A DNA stretch of 64,000 nucleotides from Candidatus Omnitrophota bacterium (lineage in GTDB: Bacteria; Omnitrophota; Gorgyraeia; Duberdicusellales; 4484-171), in the NCBI GenBank assembly GCA_016935525.1, contig JAFGQU010000016.1:32342-96341 (forward strand), written 5' to 3'. Below, one piece after another: positions 55,151 to 64,000 of the stretch (position 1 is its first letter; the number at the start of each line of letters is the position of its first letter). The notes below the pieces were generated by a model. The model was not told the origin of the DNA, searched no databases, and was given only the letters and a program-made list of their open reading frames with translations. A program made the translations under genes and the position numbers.

Positions 55151-55988
55151 TTACCCTTTAAGTGGTCTGACTACGATGAAGATCGGGGGGAATGCCCGGT
55201 ATTTCCTTGTACCTGCTACTCAGGAAGAACTTATCCGGAGTATCTTGAGATTGACCAAAGAAGGTATTCCTTATGTCGTGTTGGGGCGCGGGTCGAACAT
55301 CCTTATCTGCGACGACGTCATCCCCGCGGCGGTGATCAAGCTGGGTGAGGGGTTTAGGTGTATCAATCCTGTCTCATCCTACGTGTGTGCGGTGGGGGCT
55401 GCTACGGCTTTAGCGACCGTATTACGTTATTGTATCGAGAACCGTCTGGGGGGCCTTGAAATGTTCGCCGGGATCCCGGCGACAATCGGCGGCCTGGCCT
55501 GTATGAACGCATCGTGTTTCAAACGAGATTTCCTTTCGCTGGTCGAAGAAGTGCGGGTGATCGACCGGAAAGGGAAAGAACATTCGTTATCCCGCAATGT
55601 CATCCGTTACGGGTATCGTAAAAGTAATTTAGACCGGTTTATCATTACAGAAGTGGTCCTTAAATTTAAACCGGAAGAAAATGTAAAGAAAAATATTGCC
55701 GCTTTTCTCGCTCAAAGGATCGCTACTCAGGATTTCCGGTTTCCCAGCCTGGGATGTATTTTTAAAAATCCTCCCGGTTATTCGGCCGGGGCTTTGATCG
55801 ATGAATGCGGACTGAAAGGGTTGCGTATCGGCGATGCGGCGGTATCGGATATCCATGCCAACTTTATTGTGAATCATGGCCATGCCCGTGCCGGCGAGGT
55901 CGATCAGTTGATAAAAACGATTAAAGATAAAGTCTGGGATAAATTCAAGATCATGCTTTCCGAGGAGATCCGCCGATGGGGTTGTTGA
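55107..55988 (+). CDS. murB: UDP-N-acetylenolpyruvoylglucosamine reductase
   Basis: FAD-binding domain (TMKIGGNARYF ... VLGRGSNIL) plus MurB C-terminal domain. Confidence 0.85.
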   Translation: MKLSANLPEQELKPDYPLSGLTTMKIGGNARYFLVPATQEELIRSILRLTKEGIPYVVLGRGSNILICDDVIPAAVIKLGEGFRCINPVSSYVCAVGAATALATVLRYCIENRLGGLEMFAGIPATIGGLACMNASCFKRDFLSLVEEVRVIDRKGKEHSLSRNVIRYGYRKSNLDRFIITEVVLKFKPEENVKKNIAAFLAQRIATQDFRFPSLGCIFKNPPGYSAGALIDECGLKGLRIGDAAVSDIHANFIVNHGHARAGEVDQLIKTIKDKVWDKFKIMLSEEIRRWGC

Positions 55989-56926
55989 ATAAAGACAGAA
56001 TACGTATCGCGATATTACAGGGAGGAGTCTCCGGAGAACGGGAGATTTCTTTCCTTTCGGCACAACAGGTATACGTTTCCTGCCGGCATTTGGGATTAGA
56101 CGCGGTGCCGGTCACTATCGATACCAGAGACGCCAAAGAAATAGAACGGCTGTTGATCGATCAAGGTATTGAATTCGCTTTTATAGCGTTACATGGCGAA
56201 TTTGGCGAAGACGGTTCGATTCAAAAGATTCTGGATGGTATCGGGATTCCTTATACCGGTTCAGGGGCGGCCGCAAGTTACCTTGCGATGGATAAGATCG
56301 CTTCAAAAGAGCTGTTTTTGACTCACGGGATACCTACGCCGGATTTTACGATAGTAGAAAGAAAGAACCTTTCGGTCAAGGTCGATTGCTATCCTAAGGT
56401 CATCAAACCGCATTTCGGCGGGTCCAGCCAGGGGATCCATATAGTGCATAATATCGGAGAGCTTAAAGAAGCTTTGGCCGATGCCGCTTCGTTCAGTGAA
56501 CGGGTGTTAATCGAACAATATATCGAAGGTACCGAGTATACCGTAGGGATACTCGATGAACAGCCGTTGGGGGTAGTCCAGATCGTCCCGCGCAATGGCT
56601 GGTACGATTTTACGGCAAAATATGCCGATGATATGACCGACTTTATCGCGCCGGCGCCGCTGGAAAAAAAGTTGTACCGGCAGGTACAGGAGTATGCTCA
56701 AAAAGCGCATACAACCCTTGGCTGTCGTCATTTCTCCCGGGTCGATCTGCGCCTTGATGTCCAGATGCGGCCGTACGTGTTGGAGGTGAATTCTATTCCC
56801 GGGCTTACTTCGCACAGTCTGCTTCCTCTTTCGGCCCGGTGTGATAATATCGGTTTTGATGAACTTATGCGCAGGATGATAGAACTCGCTCTTAGAGATA
56901 CGTTCAAGATAAAGGCGGGACGATAG
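55976..56926 (+). CDS. ddl: D-alanine--D-alanine ligase
   Basis: ATP-grasp; N-terminal IAILQGGVSGEREISFLS; C-terminal EVNSIPGLT motif. Confidence 0.9.
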   Translation: MGLLNKDRIRIAILQGGVSGEREISFLSAQQVYVSCRHLGLDAVPVTIDTRDAKEIERLLIDQGIEFAFIALHGEFGEDGSIQKILDGIGIPYTGSGAAASYLAMDKIASKELFLTHGIPTPDFTIVERKNLSVKVDCYPKVIKPHFGGSSQGIHIVHNIGELKEALADAASFSERVLIEQYIEGTEYTVGILDEQPLGVVQIVPRNGWYDFTAKYADDMTDFIAPAPLEKKLYRQVQEYAQKAHTTLGCRHFSRVDLRLDVQMRPYVLEVNSIPGLTSHSLLPLSARCDNIGFDELMRRMIELALRDTFKIKAGR

Positions 56927-56928
56927 GG

Positions 56929-57690
56929 ATGGGACGCCGCCGCGGCCGGCCCAGGTCATTTAAACGTCGGATACCGAAAATCCCTTTTCCGGTTGTGGTG
57001 GCCCTTTTGATCCTTATCTTTACGGCCGTTGCCGCCAGTTACGCCCTCAAAAGGATTACTCCGCTTACCTTTTTCAGAGTGAAGACCGTTCGTATCGACG
57101 GGAACGAGGATGGGCGACAGATCAAAACAATCGTAAGCGACTATGCGTTGGGTAAATCGTTACTGTCCCTTGATCTGAAAAGTATCCGCACTACCGTCAT
57201 GCAACGTTATCCGGATCTTGAGGAACTTACTTTTCTTAAAGAATTTCCCGATACGGTTGATGTCAATGTCTTGCGCAGTAAAGCTTTCTTACAGATAAAA
57301 AGCGACCGTTATTATATTTTAAACGAAGCGTTGAAGATCATCGAGGAAGAACGGGGCCCGCGATCGGGACTGGTGACTGTGGAAGTAGACGGGTTTACCC
57401 AGGATATCGCTGCCGGAGCCTATATTGATGACGAACGGGTAAGGCAGGCCGCTCGTCTGTTAGAAGTGCTGTTACGTTCCGACTTATTTTCGCCTACCAC
57501 CATTCTTGCTCATCGTTTGGATAATCTGTCGTTTTTTACTCACGGTACAAAAGTGATATTAGGAGAGCAGGATTTCGAAAAAAAGCTTAAGATATTAGAA
57601 GCATTAATGCGTGAGAATTACGATAACGATTTTTCTACATTACGTTACATCGATCTGCGTTACAGTAAAGTATATATTGGGAAACGATGA
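56929..57690 (+). CDS. ftsQ: Cell division protein FtsQ/DivIB (TM plus POTRA)
   Basis: Arg-rich N-terminus followed by a TM (VVVALLILIFTAVAASYAL) and a POTRA-like region; canonical position after ddl. Confidence 0.65.
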   Translation: MGRRRGRPRSFKRRIPKIPFPVVVALLILIFTAVAASYALKRITPLTFFRVKTVRIDGNEDGRQIKTIVSDYALGKSLLSLDLKSIRTTVMQRYPDLEELTFLKEFPDTVDVNVLRSKAFLQIKSDRYYILNEALKIIEEERGPRSGLVTVEVDGFTQDIAAGAYIDDERVRQAARLLEVLLRSDLFSPTTILAHRLDNLSFFTHGTKVILGEQDFEKKLKILEALMRENYDNDFSTLRYIDLRYSKVYIGKR

Positions 57691-58832
57691 AGCAGGGAAT
57701 GTGCGGTATTGCCCTAGAAGATGGGATACTCTCGGTATTGCTTTGTGCCCGTGAGCGGGCCCAGTTGATCCCGTGTGCCGAATTCTCTCTGCCCGCCGGA
57801 AGTGACGATCTCCTTGAGGTTCTTGGTAAAAATATCGAGAAACTCGACGAAGAAATCACAAAACACGAAGAAGAAAAATCGATCGTCGTAGATCAGGTAT
57901 ATTGTGTGTTGCCGTTTGGCTGGCAACGGTTCAAGATCGCCGACGATATATTCCCTTTGGCGAAAGATAAAAAGAAAGCCGTATTCGCAAAAGAGATCGT
58001 TCAGGCTAAAGACCATATGGAAGGGGTAATGCTGGATTGGAACGAACGGTGTATCCATAATATCATCCTGGAATATCATCTTGATGGGGAGGTCTTCCGC
58101 CAATTGCCGGCACAGGTTTCCGCCCGGAAGCTGAAACTTAAATCACTTCTGGTGTCGATCGAACGAAAGATCTTTTCGGAAATTCAAGCTCTTTTTCATA
58201 ACATTGACCGGCAATTTATGGCGTTTATCTGGTGGCCGCTGGCTGAGTTGAGCGTAAATGCTTCCGATAAGATCCCGGTCCCTTATGTAACCGTAGATAT
58301 ACGCCGTCACGAGACTTATTGTTCGATCCTTTCTGATGAAGGTATCGTGTTCGAGAAATTCGATATGAACAGCGTGCAGATCCAGCGTAAGATCGCCGAA
58401 AAATTTTCGCTTTCACCCCAGGTATGTCAGGATATCCTTGACCATTACGTAGGGTTTCAAAGTGTGATGTCCGGTAAAGAGGTGGTGATGAAAGAGGCCG
58501 GCCGTTATGTGAGTATAAATACGACGGCGATCAGCCAGTATTTACAGGAAATCCTCAGAGAAGAATTATCGGAAATAATCGAGTTTATAAAAAGATATAT
58601 CAGCCAGGAATATAAAATACTCTTTTTGGGGCAATTTGCCGTATTAAAAGGGTTTACCGCATTTATCCGCGGCCAGTTCCCGGGATTACAGACCGAAATC
58701 TCTTCTTTTCGTTCTTCTTCGTCTTACCTCTTAGGATGTGTGAAATATGGCTGCCAGCGGTATCTGGAACGCACCATCCCTCAGGCCGGCATCTTTAACC
58801 GCCTGATGAATATGTACCGCGATTATTTTTGA
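57687..58832 (+). CDS. Divergent FtsA-like (actin/ASKHA-fold) protein at the ftsA position
   Basis: 381 aa; sits where ftsA is expected, after ftsQ; only a weak resemblance to FtsA motifs, and shorter than canonical FtsA. Confidence 0.4.
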   Translation: MKQGMCGIALEDGILSVLLCARERAQLIPCAEFSLPAGSDDLLEVLGKNIEKLDEEITKHEEEKSIVVDQVYCVLPFGWQRFKIADDIFPLAKDKKKAVFAKEIVQAKDHMEGVMLDWNERCIHNIILEYHLDGEVFRQLPAQVSARKLKLKSLLVSIERKIFSEIQALFHNIDRQFMAFIWWPLAELSVNASDKIPVPYVTVDIRRHETYCSILSDEGIVFEKFDMNSVQIQRKIAEKFSLSPQVCQDILDHYVGFQSVMSGKEVVMKEAGRYVSINTTAISQYLQEILREELSEIIEFIKRYISQEYKILFLGQFAVLKGFTAFIRGQFPGLQTEISSFRSSSSYLLGCVKYGCQRYLERTIPQAGIFNRLMNMYRDYF

Positions 58833-58835
58833 ACT

Positions 58836-60794
58836 ATGGTAAATGAGATTTTACTCAAACAATTATTGCGTACTATGAGGATTGCCTTTATCAATGCCGG
58901 GATGTATCATGAAGAACATCCCTTAGTGGCAAAGTCGATCGATGCGTTAAGTGACACGTTACATGAAGTGCTCAAAGACCAGATGTCGGTAGAAATAGGG
59001 TTTACTTCCGAACATATTATGGTCGGTACAGAAGAGTTCAAAGGCGACCGGTTATATGAAGAAGAGGCGCGTTATTTTCATATCCGTAAAGTGAAGTCTA
59101 TCCGTATTTCGACCGGTGTCGATACGTCGGAACTGGCTCTTTTTGTGAAGGAATTATCTGCTTCGCCCCGCGCCCTCGATGAAGCCGGAGGATTGAAGGT
59201 CTTCATAGAAAAAAATGACTTACCTCATATCCATATCAGCGCGCTCGATTATTCTCCTTTCTTAGGGAGCAGCGGCCAGGAGATCTCCGAAGACGTGTGG
59301 AATTATCTTTTGGGAGAAGTAGGAACGCTTCAAACCCAGGAAGACACTAATGGATTCATTTCCCGGTTAACCCAGGCGATTGAGCAAATGAACTTCCATG
59401 AATTGAAAAGCGATTCAGAGGATTTTCTGCGCCTGCAGGATATTGTCGGGCAATTAAAAGAAAAGATGCCGGATGTCTCTCAGTCGCTGGGAAAAGAAGT
59501 GCTTAAAGCGGTCCTTAAGAAGCAGGAACAGATCCAGGATGAAAAAGTGTTAGAGCAGGTGCGGTCTCTTTTTTCCCGGTTAAGCCGTAAAAGTCAAATC
59601 GATACGCTTTGGAACGAAGTGTTCGGCAGCAAGAGTTTCAACCCGGTGATCTTTTCGGTTTTTGACCGGTTGGTGGAAAAAGATAATAAAGAAGAATATC
59701 TCCAAGAATGGGATCAAAAACTGAAAGACCATACCGAACTTGTCAACGACCCCCATTTGCGTGAAAGAGTGAAAAATATGCTGGTGATGGAAGAAACCAA
59801 TGTCTATATGCCCCAGATGTACCGGTATACGCTTACGTTGCTGTCATCTCGAATAGGGGTCGACCTTAAGATGATGCTTAACAAAAACGCTTTATTCCGT
59901 AATTATCTTTTTGCTCTTTTGAACCTGTTGTCATGGGAAGGCCACTGTGAAAGCATTATCCCGCTATGTGATGAGTTGCTCAAAAATACCGAAGAGGTTT
60001 CTCATGTCCACCAGATAGAATTATTGCGCCAGTTTCATCAGGCGCTGAGTATGAAACTGGTTCACCTCGACGATGCCCGGATAAAAGAAGAGATCCGTCA
60101 GCGGGAAGGAGTGCTGTTAACTAAGATCGAAGAAGTCATAGTGGAAGGAACGATCACGATAGACGAGGATACGTTCGAATATTTTATCGGTATCCTTGAA
60201 CGTAGCCAATTTTCCTCAGACCTGTATTTTAAAAAAATATTCGGATTACATCCGCGGCGGCAACATGTGGTGCGGCTTTTTTTGAAGTTCTTCCCGCACC
60301 TCAATAATGCCTTCCTTGAACAATTAAAAAAAGAAAGTACAAACGTAGGGTTTTTAAAAGAGGTCATCGAGGCGTTGAACAAGGTAGATACCCGCCAGGT
60401 ATACTCTATCCTGAAAAATATTTTTTTAACGGCAAATCCTCTGGTAAAAATAGAGGTGCTTAAGGCGATGCAGAATTCTTCTTACGTCGAAGATGATTTT
60501 GTCCTTGAGAATTTACGGCAGGATAACGTATTTCTCAAAAAAGAATTGGTTGCGATAGTAAAGAAAAAAACTCCCGAAGTACAGAAGAAGGCGGGCGAAC
60601 TGTTGCTCTCGGTGTTTAACCTTTTCGGTATCAATAACCGTATTCTTCTTGAGAACATCCGGCTTATCCGTGACGCGCAGCTCGCCAGCAGCCGGGAAAA
60701 ACTCGCGGATCTATTGAAATGGTTTTTGTGTTGGGGCGGTACTCCTTTAAAAACCGAGATTGAACGGACCCTTTCCGAATTCAGGAAACTGTAA
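58836..60794 (+). CDS. Hypothetical 652-aa helical protein sharing an N-terminal domain with the downstream HD-GYP protein; no HD motif
   Basis: The N-terminal ~110 aa are paralogous to the N-terminus of the 60794 protein (YHxxHP ... pattern); its stop overlaps the next start (TAATG). Confidence 0.45.
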   Translation: MVNEILLKQLLRTMRIAFINAGMYHEEHPLVAKSIDALSDTLHEVLKDQMSVEIGFTSEHIMVGTEEFKGDRLYEEEARYFHIRKVKSIRISTGVDTSELALFVKELSASPRALDEAGGLKVFIEKNDLPHIHISALDYSPFLGSSGQEISEDVWNYLLGEVGTLQTQEDTNGFISRLTQAIEQMNFHELKSDSEDFLRLQDIVGQLKEKMPDVSQSLGKEVLKAVLKKQEQIQDEKVLEQVRSLFSRLSRKSQIDTLWNEVFGSKSFNPVIFSVFDRLVEKDNKEEYLQEWDQKLKDHTELVNDPHLRERVKNMLVMEETNVYMPQMYRYTLTLLSSRIGVDLKMMLNKNALFRNYLFALLNLLSWEGHCESIIPLCDELLKNTEEVSHVHQIELLRQFHQALSMKLVHLDDARIKEEIRQREGVLLTKIEEVIVEGTITIDEDTFEYFIGILERSQFSSDLYFKKIFGLHPRRQHVVRLFLKFFPHLNNAFLEQLKKESTNVGFLKEVIEALNKVDTRQVYSILKNIFLTANPLVKIEVLKAMQNSSYVEDDFVLENLRQDNVFLKKELVAIVKKKTPEVQKKAGELLLSVFNLFGINNRILLENIRLIRDAQLASSREKLADLLKWFLCWGGTPLKTEIERTLSEFRKL

Positions 60795-62128
60795 TGGCTC
60801 AAGAGATCGAAAAACTTATCCACGAATTGTTTGCTTTTATGCAAACGTTTTATGTCTACCCTCAAGGGCATCCTAAACTTAAGGAAGGGATTGAACGGGT
60901 CTACGGGATGCTTAAAGATGCGTTTGCCCAACGCGACGAACTCGTGATCGGTATCGTCGGCGATGAAGTCGCATTCGAGAAAGAAATATTTTTTGAATTG
61001 AGTAAACGGTTCGAGACACTGATTCATCAATTGAATAACAAACAGATAGAAAGAATAGTTTTTCTTAAAAATGTGACTCCCGACGAACTGGTGCGGTTTC
61101 TGAAAGCTTTGACCGAACGCAGCAAGGACTTAGAGTCTTATCAGGAATATTTGACTATGCTGGGCGTGGAGAACATCCGTATCGGGAAAATGACTCATGC
61201 CGGGCAACTGCTCCCTCCCGGCGCTCACGGGGAAATAACCGTCCCGATAAAGAAGCCTGATCATAAAGAGGAGGGAGGGGAAATAGATACGGTATTCGAT
61301 TCTTTCTCTAATATCCTTAAAGGAGAAGACCTGGATTTTATCAAACTCCAGATGACTTTGAACGGTTTTTTAACCGATGCCTACCAACAGAAGAAACTTT
61401 TTAGAGAAGCCGGTTTTTTAAGGAATTATGATGTAAGTACGTTTTTGCATTCGGTGAACGTATCGCTGCTATCGATGTATTTCGTTTCAGCGTTGGGATA
61501 CAGCAAAGAAGAGATCTTACAGGTCGGAGTCGCCGGCCTCCTTCATGATATGGGGAAGATCGCGGTGAGCCGCGATATCATCCAGAAACCGGGGGCTTTG
61601 ACCGAAGAAGAGTTCGGGAAGATCAAAAACCATTCTCAACTGGGCGCGAAGATCCTGCTTAAATACGTATATTCTTTAGGGGTGTTGCCGGTAGTGGTGG
61701 CGCTGGAACATCATGTCTCTTATGATTTAAGCGGGTACCCTCAGCTGGATTATCCCGTAAAACCGAACATAATCTCTTCACTGGTGGGGATTTGTGATTT
61801 TTACGACGCGTTACGTTCCCGGCGGGCCTATAAAAAGGAATATCTGCCCGAGAAGATCTATGAGATCATGATGCAGGAGAAAGGAAAACGGTTCGATCCG
61901 TATCTTATAGACCGGTTTTTCCAGGAATTAGGCGTGTATCCTGTCGGTACGAACGTGAGATTATCCGACGGAAGTATCGCCATCGTCAGATCCCAGAATA
62001 AAGAGGATATTTTCCGTCCCCACGTGGAAATAATCAGTCCTGCCGAATTACACGGGACTTACCGTGACCTGAGTAAGCTTCAAGAGATATCCATTAAAGA
62101 ATCGGTATCCTCAAGCCCTGGACCATAA
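60794..62128 (+). CDS. HD-GYP domain cyclic-di-GMP phosphodiesterase family protein
   Basis: HD motif LLHDMGK; HHVSYDLSGYP (HD-GYP signature) in the C-terminal half. Confidence 0.8.
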   Translation: MAQEIEKLIHELFAFMQTFYVYPQGHPKLKEGIERVYGMLKDAFAQRDELVIGIVGDEVAFEKEIFFELSKRFETLIHQLNNKQIERIVFLKNVTPDELVRFLKALTERSKDLESYQEYLTMLGVENIRIGKMTHAGQLLPPGAHGEITVPIKKPDHKEEGGEIDTVFDSFSNILKGEDLDFIKLQMTLNGFLTDAYQQKKLFREAGFLRNYDVSTFLHSVNVSLLSMYFVSALGYSKEEILQVGVAGLLHDMGKIAVSRDIIQKPGALTEEEFGKIKNHSQLGAKILLKYVYSLGVLPVVVALEHHVSYDLSGYPQLDYPVKPNIISSLVGICDFYDALRSRRAYKKEYLPEKIYEIMMQEKGKRFDPYLIDRFFQELGVYPVGTNVRLSDGSIAIVRSQNKEDIFRPHVEIISPAELHGTYRDLSKLQEISIKESVSSSPGP

Positions 62129-62255
62129 CATTTCCCTGTTTCTATGTATTTTTTCCGGAGAAAACAGGTATTGCTGCGGGATATAGTCTATGGTAAAATT
62201 AACCGCTATAAAGTAGTAGTAATGCCGATTCAACACTTTATAAAGGGAAAGCGTT

Positions 62256-63278
62256 ATGAAACTGAGTTCCAATCAACTTCAGAAAATACCGGGAAAATTT
62301 AAGGGGAAAAAAGTGCTGGTCGTAGGGGACCTCATCCTTGACCATTACATTTTCGGTGATGCCGAACGTATTTCTCCGGAGGCTCCGGTCCCGGTAGTAT
62401 GGGCTAATAAAGAGTCATTTGTCGGCGGGGGAGCGGTGAACGTGGCCCTTAACCTGATCGATCTGGGTGCTCGGGTCTCGTTGTGCGGAGTAGTCGGGAA
62501 TGACCATTTTGGTAAGGTGTTGGTATCGCTCGTGAAAGGAAAGGGGATCGATACCGGTTTCGTCGCAAAAGACCGTAGCCGGCCCACTACCTTAAAGAGC
62601 AGGGTAGTTGCCGTACAGCAACAGGTTGTCCGTATCGACTGGGAATCTCAGGAATTTCTTCCGCTTTCTATCAATAGCCGGGTACTGGACCGGATTAAAA
62701 AGAGCATTCACCAGTTTGACGGGGTCATTATTGAAGATTATGGTAAAGGAGTGATCAACCCGTCGTTAGTCGACCAGTTGGTACGGATATGTAAAAAATA
62801 CGATAAGATCATTACCGTCGATCCTAAAGAAGAGCATTTCGATTATTATGAGAATGTAACGGCAATGACTCCTAACTTAAAAGAAGCCCAGATCGCCGGC
62901 CAGATGACGGTGCGCAGTAAAGAACAGATCAACCTTCTCGGTGAAGTCATTATGGACCGGTTTAAACTAAAAGGCCTTTTGATCACGATGGGAAAAGAGG
63001 GGATGCGTTTGTTCTTAGATAATGGTAAGAGTTTTCATATCCCTACGTATGCGTTGGAAGTGTATGATGTCACCGGAGCCGGAGACACGGTTGTCGCAGT
63101 ATTTACTCTTGCGCTTTTGTCCGGAGCTTCCTATCTTGAGGCGGCAGTAATCGCCAATTTTGCTGCCGGAGTGGTGGTCGGCAAACTGGGAGCCGCTACC
63201 GCGACTAAAGATGAGATCATTCAGCGTATCAAAAAAAATAAAGATCCGATTTATCTGCATACAAAATGGAAATTGTAG
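62256..63278 (+). CDS. hldE: D-glycero-beta-D-manno-heptose-7-phosphate kinase (RfaE domain I / HldA-type, kinase only)
   Basis: PfkB-family sugar kinase; VLVVGDLILDHYIFG ... TGAGDTVVA motifs; 340 aa with no adenylyltransferase domain. Confidence 0.8.
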   Translation: MKLSSNQLQKIPGKFKGKKVLVVGDLILDHYIFGDAERISPEAPVPVVWANKESFVGGGAVNVALNLIDLGARVSLCGVVGNDHFGKVLVSLVKGKGIDTGFVAKDRSRPTTLKSRVVAVQQQVVRIDWESQEFLPLSINSRVLDRIKKSIHQFDGVIIEDYGKGVINPSLVDQLVRICKKYDKIITVDPKEEHFDYYENVTAMTPNLKEAQIAGQMTVRSKEQINLLGEVIMDRFKLKGLLITMGKEGMRLFLDNGKSFHIPTYALEVYDVTGAGDTVVAVFTLALLSGASYLEAAVIANFAAGVVVGKLGAATATKDEIIQRIKKNKDPIYLHTKWKL

Positions 63279-64000
63279 GAATTATTCCGGCTCGATACCA
63301 TTCGCAGCGGTTACCTCAGAAACTCCTGAGGCTGCTTCTGGGGAAGCCGCTTCTCCAGTGGACTTGGGAGAGGGCGCGGCAGGCGCGTTGTCTTGACCGT
63401 TTGATCATTGCCTGTGATAACGTGCAGGTCCAGCGGGCTGCTTGTGATTTCGGTGCCGAGGTGGTGATGACTTCACCCGAACATTCTTCCGGCACTGATC
63501 GTATCGCGGAAGCAGTCCGTGATCTCGATACAAAATATGTGATCAATATCCAGGCTGACGAACCGCTTATTCACCCTACTACCATCAATGTCTTGGGCGC
63601 TACGATTGCCGGTGATAATCATCCCGTAATGGCATCGATAAAAACGAAACTCATTGACCCCGATGACCGGGATAATCCTAATGTAGTGAAGGTGGTCGTC
63701 GACAAAAACGACAATGCTCTTTATTTTTCACGTGCTCCGATCCCGTACCGGCGCGAGGCGGATCAGGAAGCCATCTACTATAAACATATCGGTATTTACG
63801 CGTATACCAAAGATTTTCTGTATACGTTTAAGAACCTGCCGGCGTCACAGCTTGAGGGGGCCGAGAAGCTCGAACAATTAAGGGCTCTGGAAGCAGGATA
63901 TAAGATCAAAGTCGTGACCACACAATTCGATTCTCACGGGGTCGATACCGAAGATGATTTCAAAAAAGTCGAACGGATATTGATCCAGAACGGGCACAGC
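63266..64000 (+). CDS. kdsB: 3-deoxy-manno-octulosonate cytidylyltransferase (partial, 3' end beyond the window)
   Basis: MEIVGIIPARYHSQRLPQK ... NIQADEPLI, the CMP-KDO synthetase signature; runs off the window edge. Confidence 0.85.
   Translation, partial: MEIVGIIPARYHSQRLPQKLLRLLLGKPLLQWTWERARQARCLDRLIIACDNVQVQRAACDFGAEVVMTSPEHSSGTDRIAEAVRDLDTKYVINIQADEPLIHPTTINVLGATIAGDNHPVMASIKTKLIDPDDRDNPNVVKVVVDKNDNALYFSRAPIPYRREADQEAIYYKHIGIYAYTKDFLYTFKNLPASQLEGAEKLEQLRALEAGYKIKVVTTQFDSHGVDTEDDFKKVERILIQNGHS

Overview
The window reads as chromosomal DNA from a Gram-negative-type bacterium. Supporting this are the LPS-core genes gmhB, hldE/rfaE kinase and kdsB, a secretin, and a BamE-like lipoprotein. 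GC content is moderate and gene density high. From about 3.4 kb to the end, roughly 55 genes all lie on the + strand; only the first 3 kb (small lipoprotein and zinc-ribbon genes plus an NYN nuclease) is on the - strand.

Recognisable content, in order:
- nadX-like aspartate dehydrogenase and uvrA.
- A periplasmic TPR protein with ExbB, ExbD and a TonB/TolA-like gene.
- A compact type IV pilus / T2SS-like cluster: PilX_N protein, excisionase-family HTH, PilM-PilN fusion, PilO-like, PilP-like, PilQ secretin, PilB ATPase, PilC, and four prepilins.
- tRNA-Ala(CGC) with duplicated 5' and 3' fragments around it.
- A GT-C-like membrane protein, an AmmeMemoRadiSam B-A fusion, rsmE, mtaB, an rluB-family pseudouridine synthase, gmhB, and an MGDG-synthase-like GT28.
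- A PriA homologue that lacks the Walker A P-loop.
- fmt, acyP, ligA, an MBL hydrolase, xerD, a CCA/poly(A) polymerase family gene, DUF503-rbfA-nrnA-truB-ribF.
- A complete dcw cluster (mraZ through ftsQ). It ends in a divergent FtsA-like gene that is followed by a paralogous pair, one of them an HD-GYP protein, rather than by ftsZ.
- hldE kinase and partial kdsB.

No RM, CRISPR or other canonical defence or mobile cargo was found. The most unusual content is non-coding: several families of short tandem or inverted intergenic repeats.
- A (TGTGACYW)n octamer array sits immediately upstream of the start codons of nadX, uvrA and rluB, none of which has a Shine-Dalgarno sequence, and recurs around the NYN gene.
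- An 85-nt element occurs twice upstream of the - strand genes.
- CCCGTT heptad / AACGGG inverted elements flank the cca gene.
- CGTAACGCG repeats occur at two sites.
- Two copies of a ~150-nt GAAATAC palindromic element are present.
- Several 'inverted tandem repeat' hairpins are present.

Several ORF-track starts (uvrA, rluB, DUF503, murC, ribF, NYN, GT28) appear to be over-extended through these repeats, and I have adjusted them.
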